Part shown: positions 30,980-39,896 of the stretch, one piece after another | How the letters are laid out: each line of letters opens with the position of its first letter | Position numbering within the stretch: the stretch's first letter is position 1 | DNA from: an uncultured Clostridia bacterium | GTDB lineage: Bacteria > Bacillota > Clostridia > Lachnospirales > CAMZNU01 | DNA length: 64,000 nt | Assembly (NCBI GenBank): GCA_947313885.1 | Contig: CAMZNU010000002.1 | Location: 4,321-68,320, forward strand | Direction of reading: 5' to 3' | Made by a program: the position numbers and the translations under genes | The notes under the pieces: model-generated | The model's database searches: none | What the model was told of the DNA's origin: nothing | Seen by the model: only the letters and a program-made list of their open reading frames with translations

Positions 30980-32968
30980 ATGAAAAACATAAATGAATTA
31001 ACAACAGATACGTTAAGATTTTTAAGTATAGAGGCTATACAAAAAGCAAACTCTGGGCATCCAGGATTACCATTAGGAGCAGCACCTACGACTTGTACTT
31101 TATGGAGTAAACATTTAAAACACAATCCGAAAAACCCTAATTGGGAAAATAGAGATAGATTTATATTATCAGCAGGTCATGGATCAGCTTTATTATATTC
31201 AATGTTGCATGTATTTGGATATGACTTATCTATTGAAGATTTAAAAAACTTTAGACAAATAGATAGTAAAACGGCAGGACATCCAGAATATAAACATACG
31301 GTAGGCGTAGAAGTTACTACAGGTCCATTAGGGCAAGGGATAGCAAATGCGGTAGGTATGGCAATAGCAGAAAAACATTTAGGAGCAAAATTTAATAAAG
31401 ATGGATATGACATAGTAGATCATAATACTTATGTATTATGTGGCGATGGTTGTTTAATGGAAGGAATTTCAGGAGAAGCTAGTTCATTAGCAGGAACATT
31501 AGGTTTAGGTAAATTAATATTGCTGTATGATTCAAATAAAATAACTATAGAGGGAAGTACAGATATAGCATTTAGAGAAGATGTGAAAAAACGCTATAAA
31601 GCATATAATTGGGAAGTTATAACTGTTGACGATGGAAATGATATTGAGGAAATAAATAAAGCTATCACAGAAGCAAAATCAAATTTAAATCAGCCGACAT
31701 TAATAGAAATAAAAACAGAAATAGGATTTGGGTCACCAAAAGTAGGTACAGCTGGAGCGCATGGTTCGCCTTTAAATTTAGAAGATATACAACTTACAAA
31801 AGATAAATTAGGATGGGAAAGTAAGGAGTCATTTCATGTACCCAATGAAGTAAAGTCACATGTAGAAAAATTATTAATAGAGCAAAATAAAGAAGAACAA
31901 AAATGGAATGAATTAATGGAATCATATAAAAAGAACCATAAAGAAACGTATGATGAACTAGTTAAATGGTATGCAAATGAACCATGTAAGACTATGTTAG
32001 ATAGCGATGAGTTTTGGAATTTCAAAGAAACATTAGCTACAAGAATAGCATCAGAAAAAGTATTAAATAGGATTTGTAGTTTTGTACCAAACTTAATAGG
32101 TGGGTCGGCCGATTTAGCGCCTAGTACAAAATCGGAAATGGCGGGAAAGGAATATTTTTCAAAAGAGGATAGTAGAGGAAGTAATATACATTTTGGAATT
32201 CGTGAACATGCTATGGGTGCAATTTCAAATGGTATAGCATTACACGGAGGATTAAGAACATACAATGCAGGATTTTTTGTGTTTGCCGATTATATGAAAC
32301 CAGCTATGCGATTATCAGCATTAATGGATTTACCAGTGATAAATATATTAACTCATGACAGTATAGGAGTTGGTGAGGATGGACCTACTCACCAACCAGT
32401 TGAGCAATTAACGATGTTAAGAAGCATGCCAAATTATACAGTAGTAAGACCGTGTGATAGTACAGAGACGGTAGCTAGTTGGTATTTAGCATTAACAAGA
32501 AAGTCGCCAACAGGGATAGTATTATCAAGACAAAATTTAACGTCATTAAAAGAAACATCAAAAGAAGCTATAAAAGGTGGATACGTATTAAAGGATTGTA
32601 ATGGAACACCAGATTTAATATTAATTGCATCAGGATCAGAAGTAGAACTAATATATAATGTAGCAACTAAATTAAATGATGAAGGTATAAAAACAAGAGT
32701 TGTAAGTATGCTTTCAATGGAAGTATATGAAGAACAAGATGAGCAATATAAGGAAAGCGTATTACCAAAATCAGTTATAAATAGAGTCGCTGTCGAGGCA
32801 GGTGCTACGTTACCATGGTATAAATATGTTGGTTTATCAGGAAAAGTTATAGGCATAGACACATTTGGAGCATCAGCACCAGCAAATGAATTATTTAAGA
32901 AATTTGAAATTACAGAAGAAAATATAATAGAAGTAAGTAGAAAGATAATAAAAAATAATAAAAAATAA
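30980..32968 (+). CDS. tkt: Transketolase
   Basis: 662 aa with SGHPG, GDGCLMEG TPP-binding motif, THDSIGVGEDGPTHQP. Confidence 0.94.
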   Translation: MKNINELTTDTLRFLSIEAIQKANSGHPGLPLGAAPTTCTLWSKHLKHNPKNPNWENRDRFILSAGHGSALLYSMLHVFGYDLSIEDLKNFRQIDSKTAGHPEYKHTVGVEVTTGPLGQGIANAVGMAIAEKHLGAKFNKDGYDIVDHNTYVLCGDGCLMEGISGEASSLAGTLGLGKLILLYDSNKITIEGSTDIAFREDVKKRYKAYNWEVITVDDGNDIEEINKAITEAKSNLNQPTLIEIKTEIGFGSPKVGTAGAHGSPLNLEDIQLTKDKLGWESKESFHVPNEVKSHVEKLLIEQNKEEQKWNELMESYKKNHKETYDELVKWYANEPCKTMLDSDEFWNFKETLATRIASEKVLNRICSFVPNLIGGSADLAPSTKSEMAGKEYFSKEDSRGSNIHFGIREHAMGAISNGIALHGGLRTYNAGFFVFADYMKPAMRLSALMDLPVINILTHDSIGVGEDGPTHQPVEQLTMLRSMPNYTVVRPCDSTETVASWYLALTRKSPTGIVLSRQNLTSLKETSKEAIKGGYVLKDCNGTPDLILIASGSEVELIYNVATKLNDEGIKTRVVSMLSMEVYEEQDEQYKESVLPKSVINRVAVEAGATLPWYKYVGLSGKVIGIDTFGASAPANELFKKFEITEENIIEVSRKIIKNNKK

Positions 32969-32974
32969 TATGTA

Positions 32975-33006
32975 AAAACCCACTTTTATTAAAAAAAGTG
33001 GGTTTT
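32975..33006. terminator. Bidirectional terminator between the convergent tkt and the 141-aa gene
   Basis: aaaaacccactttt / aaaagtgggttttt stem flanked by A and T runs. Confidence 0.85.
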
Positions 33007-33019
33007 TACATATGTATAA

Positions 33020-33445
33020 TTATTTAATTATTATTGCTTTACTCAATGCATCATCAACAGCCGTTAATAATATTTTAGTAGTTTCAATAGAAATTGCCGA
33101 AGTTTCAACAGAAGTACTTTGGTTTCTAATAATACTTTCAGAAAGTGCAACCATAGTAGGCTTTAACAATGGGTAGAAAACTTCTTGGGTTTCGTTTAGA
33201 TCTAGTAATAGCACATCTAATATTTCATATTCATCAACTACAACTACTACATTAATTTTAGAGTCGTTTAAAATGATTTCCGAAGTATATTCTCCTGGTA
33301 TGTATTTTGAGCTTTGTACTTCTTGATCATTTTTTGGTAAAAACATAAAAATGATAAATAATAATATTATAAGTCCTGTCACAAATAAAACAGTTGATCT
33401 AATAATATCCTTTAATGAGAAAACCATTATTTTAGTGTTTTTCAT
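33020..33445 (-). CDS. Small N-terminally anchored protein with weak FMN_bind-like pattern (function unknown)
   Basis: 141 aa with one TM helix (VLFVTGLIILLFIIFMF). G-Y-T..I.V.V.V....I..V.....ET pattern. The C-terminus SAISIETTKILLTAVDDAL loosely resembles SGATITSKAV..AV..AL but has no SGAT motif. Confidence 0.4.
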   Translation of the reverse strand: MKNTKIMVFSLKDIIRSTVLFVTGLIILLFIIFMFLPKNDQEVQSSKYIPGEYTSEIILNDSKINVVVVVDEYEILDVLLLDLNETQEVFYPLLKPTMVALSESIIRNQSTSVETSAISIETTKILLTAVDDALSKAIIIK

Positions 33446-33480
33446 TTGTTACCTCCTTTTGTATATATGTTAATATAATA

Positions 33481-33509
33481 TTACTTATAAATAAAAATTA
33501 TGATACAAT
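33481..33509 (+). promoter_or_regulatory. Possible extended -10 promoter for addB
   Basis: TTACTT, 17-nt spacer, then TGaTACAAT (TG at 33501-02, hexamer 33504-09). Confidence 0.35.
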
Positions 33510-33551
33510 TAAAAATAAAAATAAAAATAAAATTATTTTAGAATAAAAGAG

Positions 33552-36500
33552 GTGACCGTTATTTTACAATTTATATTAGGAAGTATTGGAAATGGCAAAA
33601 CAACATATTGTATAGAAGAAGCATATAAACGTAAAAACAAAAAGTTAAAAAGTTTAATAATAACACCAGATCAATTTGTGTTAGAAAGTGAAAAAAAAAT
33701 AATTAAATACACAAAGGAAAGAGGCATATTAGATATTGAAGTATTAGGGTTTAATAGGCTAGCACAAAGAATAATAGCTACCAGTAGCTTATCCAATAAA
33801 ACAATTTTAGATAGTACTACTAAAATAATGTTAATAAAAAAGATAATCATTGAAAATGAAAATAGATTACAATATTATTCTAATTCAGCAGATAAACAAG
33901 GATTTATTGAAAAAATAAGTAACATAATAAAAGAGTTTTATGAAAATGACGTAACAGAAAAAAAAATAGCACGTACAATAAAAGAATTGGTTAAGGAAAA
34001 AAATAATAACGTACTGTTAAAAAAAATAGAAGATATAAATTTAATTATAAGATGTTATAAAGAGTTTCTAGAAGAAAATTATATTGATGAAGATAATTTA
34101 TTAAATGTTTTGAATAAAATAATAAAAGAAGATGAAACGTTAAAAAACACAAGAGTATTTATAGATGGGTTTATTAATTGCAATAGATCACAAATAAAAA
34201 TAATAGGAAATCTTTTAAATATATGTGAAAAAGTAGTTATTACATTGCCTCTTAGTAAAGTACAAATAGAAAATACAATAACTAAACTTGATCCATATTA
34301 CGAACCCAAAAAAATGTATATGGAAATAATGAAGCTAGCCCATGAAAATGAAGTAAATATTGATACGGAAATAGTATTAGAAAACAAAACTAAATATAGT
34401 AAAGAAATAGATCATATTAGAGCAAATTACTTAAAAGTAAATCACATAGAAGAATTTAATTTTAATGAAAACATTAAGATAATTGAAGAAGAAGATAAGT
34501 TTGAAGAGGCAAAAGCTATAGGAAGAGAAGTAATATATTTAGTGAAAAATGAAGGATATAGATTTAAAGATATTGTAATTATAACAGGCGAAATAACAGA
34601 ATATGAAACAGTTATTAAAAGTGTATTTAAAAATTATAATATTCCAATTTTTGTAGATACTAAAAAACCGTTACACGTACATCCGTCTGTAGAAATTATT
34701 TTAGGAATATTAGATGTATGCATATCTAATTATTCATATGAAAGTATTTTTAGAATATTGAAGACGGGAATACTAGATTTTACAGAAGAGGAAGTTAATA
34801 TATTAGAGACATATGTATTAGCGACAGGTATGACAGGATATAAATGGGGGTTCGATGAATGGACTTTTGAATTAAAAAATGAACGTTTTGATTTAGAGGT
34901 TATTAACGATCTAAAAAATAGGTTTAGAAATGGCATTGTACCATTTACAAGCAAGTTCACATATAAAACAAAAAGCACAGTAAAAGAATTTTCAACGTAC
35001 ATAATTGAAGTTTTAAAAAATTTAAAAGTAGGAGAAAGGGTTTTAGCATTAAGCAATGAAGAAAACAATTATGATAAAATTTGGAAACAATTAATGGAAG
35101 TATTAAATAAAACAGTAGAGGTACTAGGAGGATCAGAAGTAACAACAATAGAATATAAAAAGCTATTAGAGTCAGGATTTTTAAGTGCAAATGTAGGGAT
35201 AATACCAGCAGGTCAAGATGAAATTATTTTAGGAAATATATCACGCACACAAATAGACGTTAAAAAGTGCTTAATCGTATTGGGATGTAACTTCGGAAAT
35301 ATTCCATTAGTAAATAAAGATGATACCTTATTAATAGATAGAGATATAGATACTATAAATAAAACAGGATATGAAATTTTAAATAATTCTAAGACAAAAG
35401 TGTTGGGGCAGAACTTATTACTTTATAGGATGCTATTAAAAAGTAGTAAAAATATAATTTTAACGTATTCAAGAAATACAGTTGCAGGTAAGGAGCTTTT
35501 AGCATCAGAACTTGTATTAAAAATACAAAAGATGTTTAACATAAAAATAAATGAGAATAAAGTATTGGCTAACGATGAAAATTTAGACTTGTTAAATATA
35601 ATTATTAAACTTAAAGATAATATAGAATTGAGTACTAAGGAAAAAAATTTAATAAATTATTATGAAAGAAATGAGCATAATAAAAACCTGTTAAATATAA
35701 TAAAAAAATCTTCGGCGCTACATAAAAAAAGAGAGGTTCTAAGCCCCGAGATAGTAAATAAAATATATAGTGATGAAATAGCGTCTAGCGTAACTAAATT
35801 AGAAAAATATGCTTTATGCCCATTTGCATATTTCATGAAATATAATTTAAATGTAGATGAACGTAAAATATATGAAGTGAGACATTTAGAATTTGGAAAT
35901 GTTTTGCATAATATATTAGACGACTTTATAACACAAATGAATGTACTAGGCAATGTATACGGAGATGTTACAAAAGAATATATAAGTGAATTTACAAAAG
36001 ATCATATGGAAAAAATAATCAAAGAGAATAAACATAATGTTTTTAATGATAATGAAAAAAATAAATATTTATTAAGTAGGATAAGTAGAATTGCAAAAAG
36101 ATCAATATGGGCATTAGTTGCGCATATAAATAGCGGGGAGTTTATACCATATAAATCAGAATTTTCTTTTTCGCGGAATCAAAGTCTAAAGGGTATAGAA
36201 TTTGATCTAGGAGATAATAAAAAAATTATCATTTCGGGTAAAGTTGATAGAATTGATATTTTGAAAACTGATGGCGAAAAATATTTCAAAATAATAGATT
36301 ATAAACTATCGGCTAAAAAAATAGATTTAAAAGATGTCTACAAAGGTGTAGAGTTACAACTTATAACATATTTAAATATTTTAATAGAGAACGTGGAAGG
36401 AATTAACGTAGATATTAAGAACCAAAATAAAGCAGGTGGAGTTTTTTACTTCACATTACAAGATCCATTATTAAGTAGTGATAAATTAGGGAGTGAAATT

Positions 36501-36953
36501 ATTAACGCTTTAAAATCAGAGGATGCGGGCATTGTAGAAGGTGAGGTTGACAAAGAAATATTGAAAGAGTTCAAAATGACAGGGCTTGTAAATGAAGATA
36601 AGGAAATTATAAAACATATAGATAATAGTGGAAATAAAAAATCTGATATTATACCGATAGCATTTAAAAAAGATGGTGAAATAAGTGCAGTTAGTCGCAG
36701 AAATGCGTTAAGTAATGAAGAATTTGATTTATTAAGAAATCATTGTACAAAAAAAATAGTTGAGATAGGCAAAAAAATGACAAATGGTGATATTTCAATA
36801 TCACCGTTAAAGAGAGATACAAAAACGTCATGTGATTTTTGTTTATATAAAGGAATATGCTTGATAGACATAGTAGACGAAAATAAAAGATATACGTCAA
36901 TAGAGAAACTAAGTAAAGAAGAAATATTTAAAAGAATTTTGGAGGAACAATAG
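33552..36953 (+). CDS. addB: ATP-dependent helicase/nuclease subunit B (AddB/RexB)
   Basis: 1133 aa. N-terminal GSIGNGKT. C-terminal nuclease and Fe-S Cys set (CPFAYF ... CDFCLYKGIC). The GTG start has a poorly spaced RBS, so the exact start is uncertain. Confidence 0.85.
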   Translation: MTVILQFILGSIGNGKTTYCIEEAYKRKNKKLKSLIITPDQFVLESEKKIIKYTKERGILDIEVLGFNRLAQRIIATSSLSNKTILDSTTKIMLIKKIIIENENRLQYYSNSADKQGFIEKISNIIKEFYENDVTEKKIARTIKELVKEKNNNVLLKKIEDINLIIRCYKEFLEENYIDEDNLLNVLNKIIKEDETLKNTRVFIDGFINCNRSQIKIIGNLLNICEKVVITLPLSKVQIENTITKLDPYYEPKKMYMEIMKLAHENEVNIDTEIVLENKTKYSKEIDHIRANYLKVNHIEEFNFNENIKIIEEEDKFEEAKAIGREVIYLVKNEGYRFKDIVIITGEITEYETVIKSVFKNYNIPIFVDTKKPLHVHPSVEIILGILDVCISNYSYESIFRILKTGILDFTEEEVNILETYVLATGMTGYKWGFDEWTFELKNERFDLEVINDLKNRFRNGIVPFTSKFTYKTKSTVKEFSTYIIEVLKNLKVGERVLALSNEENNYDKIWKQLMEVLNKTVEVLGGSEVTTIEYKKLLESGFLSANVGIIPAGQDEIILGNISRTQIDVKKCLIVLGCNFGNIPLVNKDDTLLIDRDIDTINKTGYEILNNSKTKVLGQNLLLYRMLLKSSKNIILTYSRNTVAGKELLASELVLKIQKMFNIKINENKVLANDENLDLLNIIIKLKDNIELSTKEKNLINYYERNEHNKNLLNIIKKSSALHKKREVLSPEIVNKIYSDEIASSVTKLEKYALCPFAYFMKYNLNVDERKIYEVRHLEFGNVLHNILDDFITQMNVLGNVYGDVTKEYISEFTKDHMEKIIKENKHNVFNDNEKNKYLLSRISRIAKRSIWALVAHINSGEFIPYKSEFSFSRNQSLKGIEFDLGDNKKIIISGKVDRIDILKTDGEKYFKIIDYKLSAKKIDLKDVYKGVELQLITYLNILIENVEGINVDIKNQNKAGGVFYFTLQDPLLSSDKLGSEIINALKSEDAGIVEGEVDKEILKEFKMTGLVNEDKEIIKHIDNSGNKKSDIIPIAFKKDGEISAVSRRNALSNEEFDLLRNHCTKKIVEIGKKMTNGDISISPLKRDTKTSCDFCLYKGICLIDIVDENKRYTSIEKLSKEEIFKRILEEQ

Positions 36954-36954
36954 T

Positions 36955-38490
36955 ATGGTAGAACTAATAAAAAATGAAGTTAGTAAAATATTAAAAGTAA
37001 AAGAAGAAGATGTAAATATTTTAGAAAAATTAAAAGGTGGGATGAGTAACCATATGTATGTTATAGAAGTTAATGGTCTAAAATATACATTTAGAATACC
37101 TGGGAAAAAGGCTAATAATTTTGTAGATAGAGAAAAAGAGTTAGAAAATATTAAATTAGTTGAAAAATTAGAAGTTAACAATGAAATGTACTATTTCGAT
37201 GAGGTAGTAGGGTATAAGCTGTCAAAATATGTTGAGGGAGAATGTTTGATAGAAAAGAAAGTGGAAGACTATCTTGTAGATGTATCAGAAATTTTAAGAA
37301 AAGTGCATAATTCAGAATTAAGATCTAAATATGACTATGATTGTATGGGAAGATTATCAAAGTATGAGAAATTAGTAACAGATAAAGGTTATATAGGAAA
37401 AAGAGAAAAATATTATGAATTAAAGAAAAAACTGGAATCAGATTTCTCTTTTTTACAAAATGGTAATTTAGTTTTATGTCATGGAGATAGTCAGGTATCA
37501 AATTTTGTAGTGGGGGAAGATAAGTTATATTTATTAGACTGGGAATTTTGTGGAAATAATGACCCTATTTATGACATAGCTTGCTTTGGAAATGTTGATT
37601 TTGAAGATGCACTTAAATTATTGCCAATATATTTAGGACGTGAACCAAATGCTATTGAAATAAGTAAGTTAAATTATTTTAGAGGATTTCAATGTTTGCA
37701 ATGGCATAATGTTGCACTTTATAAGGATTTAATCGGTTTAAGCGAGGAACTTTCTGTTCCATTTTTAGAAATATCTGAAGGTTATTTAGTTAAGGCTGAG
37801 AAATTTTTAGAAGATGCGAGAATTAAAATGAATATAGAAAATGAAAAAGATTTATTAGAATTTGAAATATTTAAGGTTTTAGGGCCAGACATGTTAGAAA
37901 AAATGTCAAATGTAGTATACACCCAAACTATAGAAGCAGAAGAATTAATATATTCATCAAATGTATGTAAGGGTATATTAATAATTAAAGAAGGTAAATT
38001 TAGAGTATATATGGTTTCCGAAACAGGACGTGAAATAACTTTATTTTATGCAGAGAAAGGCGATACTTTGGCGCTTGCAATGAATTGTATGAGTGGTAGC
38101 ATGCCGATTAGTGTGCACGTTAAAGCTATTCAAGATAGTATTATTTATAAAATTGATAATGATGAATTTTTAAGATTTCATAGAAGTTCATTCGAGTTAC
38201 AAAAATTTATAATTGAGAACATGACGAAAAATATGAATGAAGTAATGTGGGTAATTGAACAAGTAGCGTTTAATAGTATAGACAAAAGAGTTGCAGGATA
38301 TTTATTAGACTTAGATCAAAATATTATTTATAAGACGCATAAAGAAATAGGCAATGAATTAGGAACGGCTAGGGAAGTCGTTAGTAGGATGTTAAAATAT
38401 TTCGAGCAACTAGGTCATATAGAAATTACACGAGGGAAAATTTATATTAAAGAAAAAGAAGAACTAGAAAAAATAGTTAGGCATATGTAA
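36955..38490 (+). CDS. Fusion protein: choline/ethanolamine-kinase-like (APH fold) N-domain plus Crp/Fnr-family cNMP-binding and HTH C-domain
   Basis: N-terminal half: LCHGDSQVSNF (HxDxxxxN) and LLDWEFCGNNDPIYDIA. C-terminal half: beta-roll (GKFRVYMVSETGREITLFYAEKGD) and HTH (THKEIGNELGTAREVVSRMLK..G). The ATG lies 1 nt after the addB stop. Confidence 0.75.
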   Translation: MVELIKNEVSKILKVKEEDVNILEKLKGGMSNHMYVIEVNGLKYTFRIPGKKANNFVDREKELENIKLVEKLEVNNEMYYFDEVVGYKLSKYVEGECLIEKKVEDYLVDVSEILRKVHNSELRSKYDYDCMGRLSKYEKLVTDKGYIGKREKYYELKKKLESDFSFLQNGNLVLCHGDSQVSNFVVGEDKLYLLDWEFCGNNDPIYDIACFGNVDFEDALKLLPIYLGREPNAIEISKLNYFRGFQCLQWHNVALYKDLIGLSEELSVPFLEISEGYLVKAEKFLEDARIKMNIENEKDLLEFEIFKVLGPDMLEKMSNVVYTQTIEAEELIYSSNVCKGILIIKEGKFRVYMVSETGREITLFYAEKGDTLALAMNCMSGSMPISVHVKAIQDSIIYKIDNDEFLRFHRSSFELQKFIIENMTKNMNEVMWVIEQVAFNSIDKRVAGYLLDLDQNIIYKTHKEIGNELGTAREVVSRMLKYFEQLGHIEITRGKIYIKEKEELEKIVRHM

Positions 38491-39161
38491 TGGAATATAT
38501 ATTAACCTTTTTTGCAGGAGTAATAACGTTTATATCACCGTGTTTATTACCTATTATCCCCATTTATATTAGCTACATCTCATTAGAAAATACGGCAAGT
38601 AGTAAGGTAAAGCTAATTAATTCAATTGGATTTTCTTTAGGATTTTCTATAGTGTTTTCAATGTTGGGAGCTATATTTTCAACGTTTTCGTTGTATGTAA
38701 ATGAATATAATAAAATTATTTCTATAGTTTCAGGAATTATAGTTATAACATTTGGATTAAGTGTATTAGGTGTAGTGCAATTGAAGATGCCGTATATTAA
38801 AAACAGAAGTAATTTAAACATGGAAAAACTAACATTTTTTAAATCTCTAATATTTGGAATTATTTTTGCTATTACAATGTCGCCGTGTTTAAATACATTT
38901 TTAGGAAGTGCATTATTACTATCAGCTAGTAGTGATAATTTAGACGTTATAAAAGGGGTAGCATTAATGTTAACATTTTCATTGGGGCTAGCAATACCGT
39001 TTATAATAACAGCGATGTTTATTGAGGAGATGGAAAAGATATTTTCAATGTTAAATAAAAATAGAAACAAAATACAAAAAATATCAGGAATATTTATGAT
39101 ATTTTTGGGTGTATTAATATTTATGGGAAAAATAAATTTAATTACCCAGATTTTTGATTAG
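38490..39161 (+). CDS. ccdA: CcdA/DsbD-family thiol-disulfide electron transporter
   Basis: 223 aa with 6 TM helices. Conserved Cys in FISPCLLP and MSPCLN. ATG overlaps the upstream stop (taATG). Confidence 0.85.
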   Translation: MEYILTFFAGVITFISPCLLPIIPIYISYISLENTASSKVKLINSIGFSLGFSIVFSMLGAIFSTFSLYVNEYNKIISIVSGIIVITFGLSVLGVVQLKMPYIKNRSNLNMEKLTFFKSLIFGIIFAITMSPCLNTFLGSALLLSASSDNLDVIKGVALMLTFSLGLAIPFIITAMFIEEMEKIFSMLNKNRNKIQKISGIFMIFLGVLIFMGKINLITQIFD

Positions 39162-39168
39162 GAGGATT

Positions 39169-39768
39169 ATGAATAAAAGAAGAATAATATTAATAATATC
39201 AACAGTATTGCTACTACTAGGAACATTAGTGACATCATATTTAACAAAGAATATATATGATACAAAAAATTATATTACAGATAACGTGGCAAGAGAAAAA
39301 AGTAAAGAAAAAAATGCGAAAGAAGGAGGCGTAGAAAAAGAAAACGAATCCGTTATAAATAGTTTAGATTTCACATTAAAAAACATAACAGGCAGTACTA
39401 CATCATTAAGTTCATTTAAAGATAAAAAAGTTGTTGTAATAAATTTCTGGGCAACATGGTGTAGTAATTGTAAAAAAGGGTTTCCAGATAAAATGAAATT
39501 AGAAGAACAATATAAAGAAAAAGTAGACTTTATTTTTATAAATGTTCAAGAAAGTAAAGAAAAAGTAGACGAGTATATGCGTGAAAATGGCTTTACATTT
39601 AAAAATAATTTATTAGATCTTGATGGTGAGGTCAGTCAATTATATGGAATTTCTGGAATACCAACAACAGTAATTATAAATAAAGAATTTACAGAAATTA
39701 TGGGATTTGTCGGAGATGTTGAAATAGGTATTTTTGAAAAAGAGATAATTAAGATGATTAGTAAATAA
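39169..39768 (+). CDS. Membrane-anchored TlpA/ResA-like thioredoxin
   Basis: N-terminal TM anchor. VINFWATWCSNC (WCxxC) and GIPTT cis-Pro region. An alternative TTG start exists at 39154. Confidence 0.8.
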   Translation: MNKRRIILIISTVLLLLGTLVTSYLTKNIYDTKNYITDNVAREKSKEKNAKEGGVEKENESVINSLDFTLKNITGSTTSLSSFKDKKVVVINFWATWCSNCKKGFPDKMKLEEQYKEKVDFIFINVQESKEKVDEYMRENGFTFKNNLLDLDGEVSQLYGISGIPTTVIINKEFTEIMGFVGDVEIGIFEKEIIKMISK

Positions 39769-39823
39769 TAAAACAAATGAAATTATGCAAGTTATTTACT
39801 CTAAAAGTATTATGTAAATAATA

Positions 39824-39837
39824 TTGATTTTCATTAA
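39824..39837. promoter_or_regulatory. Candidate Crp/Fnr-type box upstream of cydA
   Basis: TTGATtttcATTAA versus the consensus TTGAT-N4-ATCAA (one mismatch), 60 nt upstream of the cydA ATG. An AT-rich hairpin (39792-39821) lies next to it. Confidence 0.3.
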
Positions 39838-39896
39838 AAAAAAAATATAGAATTAAAAACAGTTAGATTTACATTTATATTAGAAAAGGAGAACAA

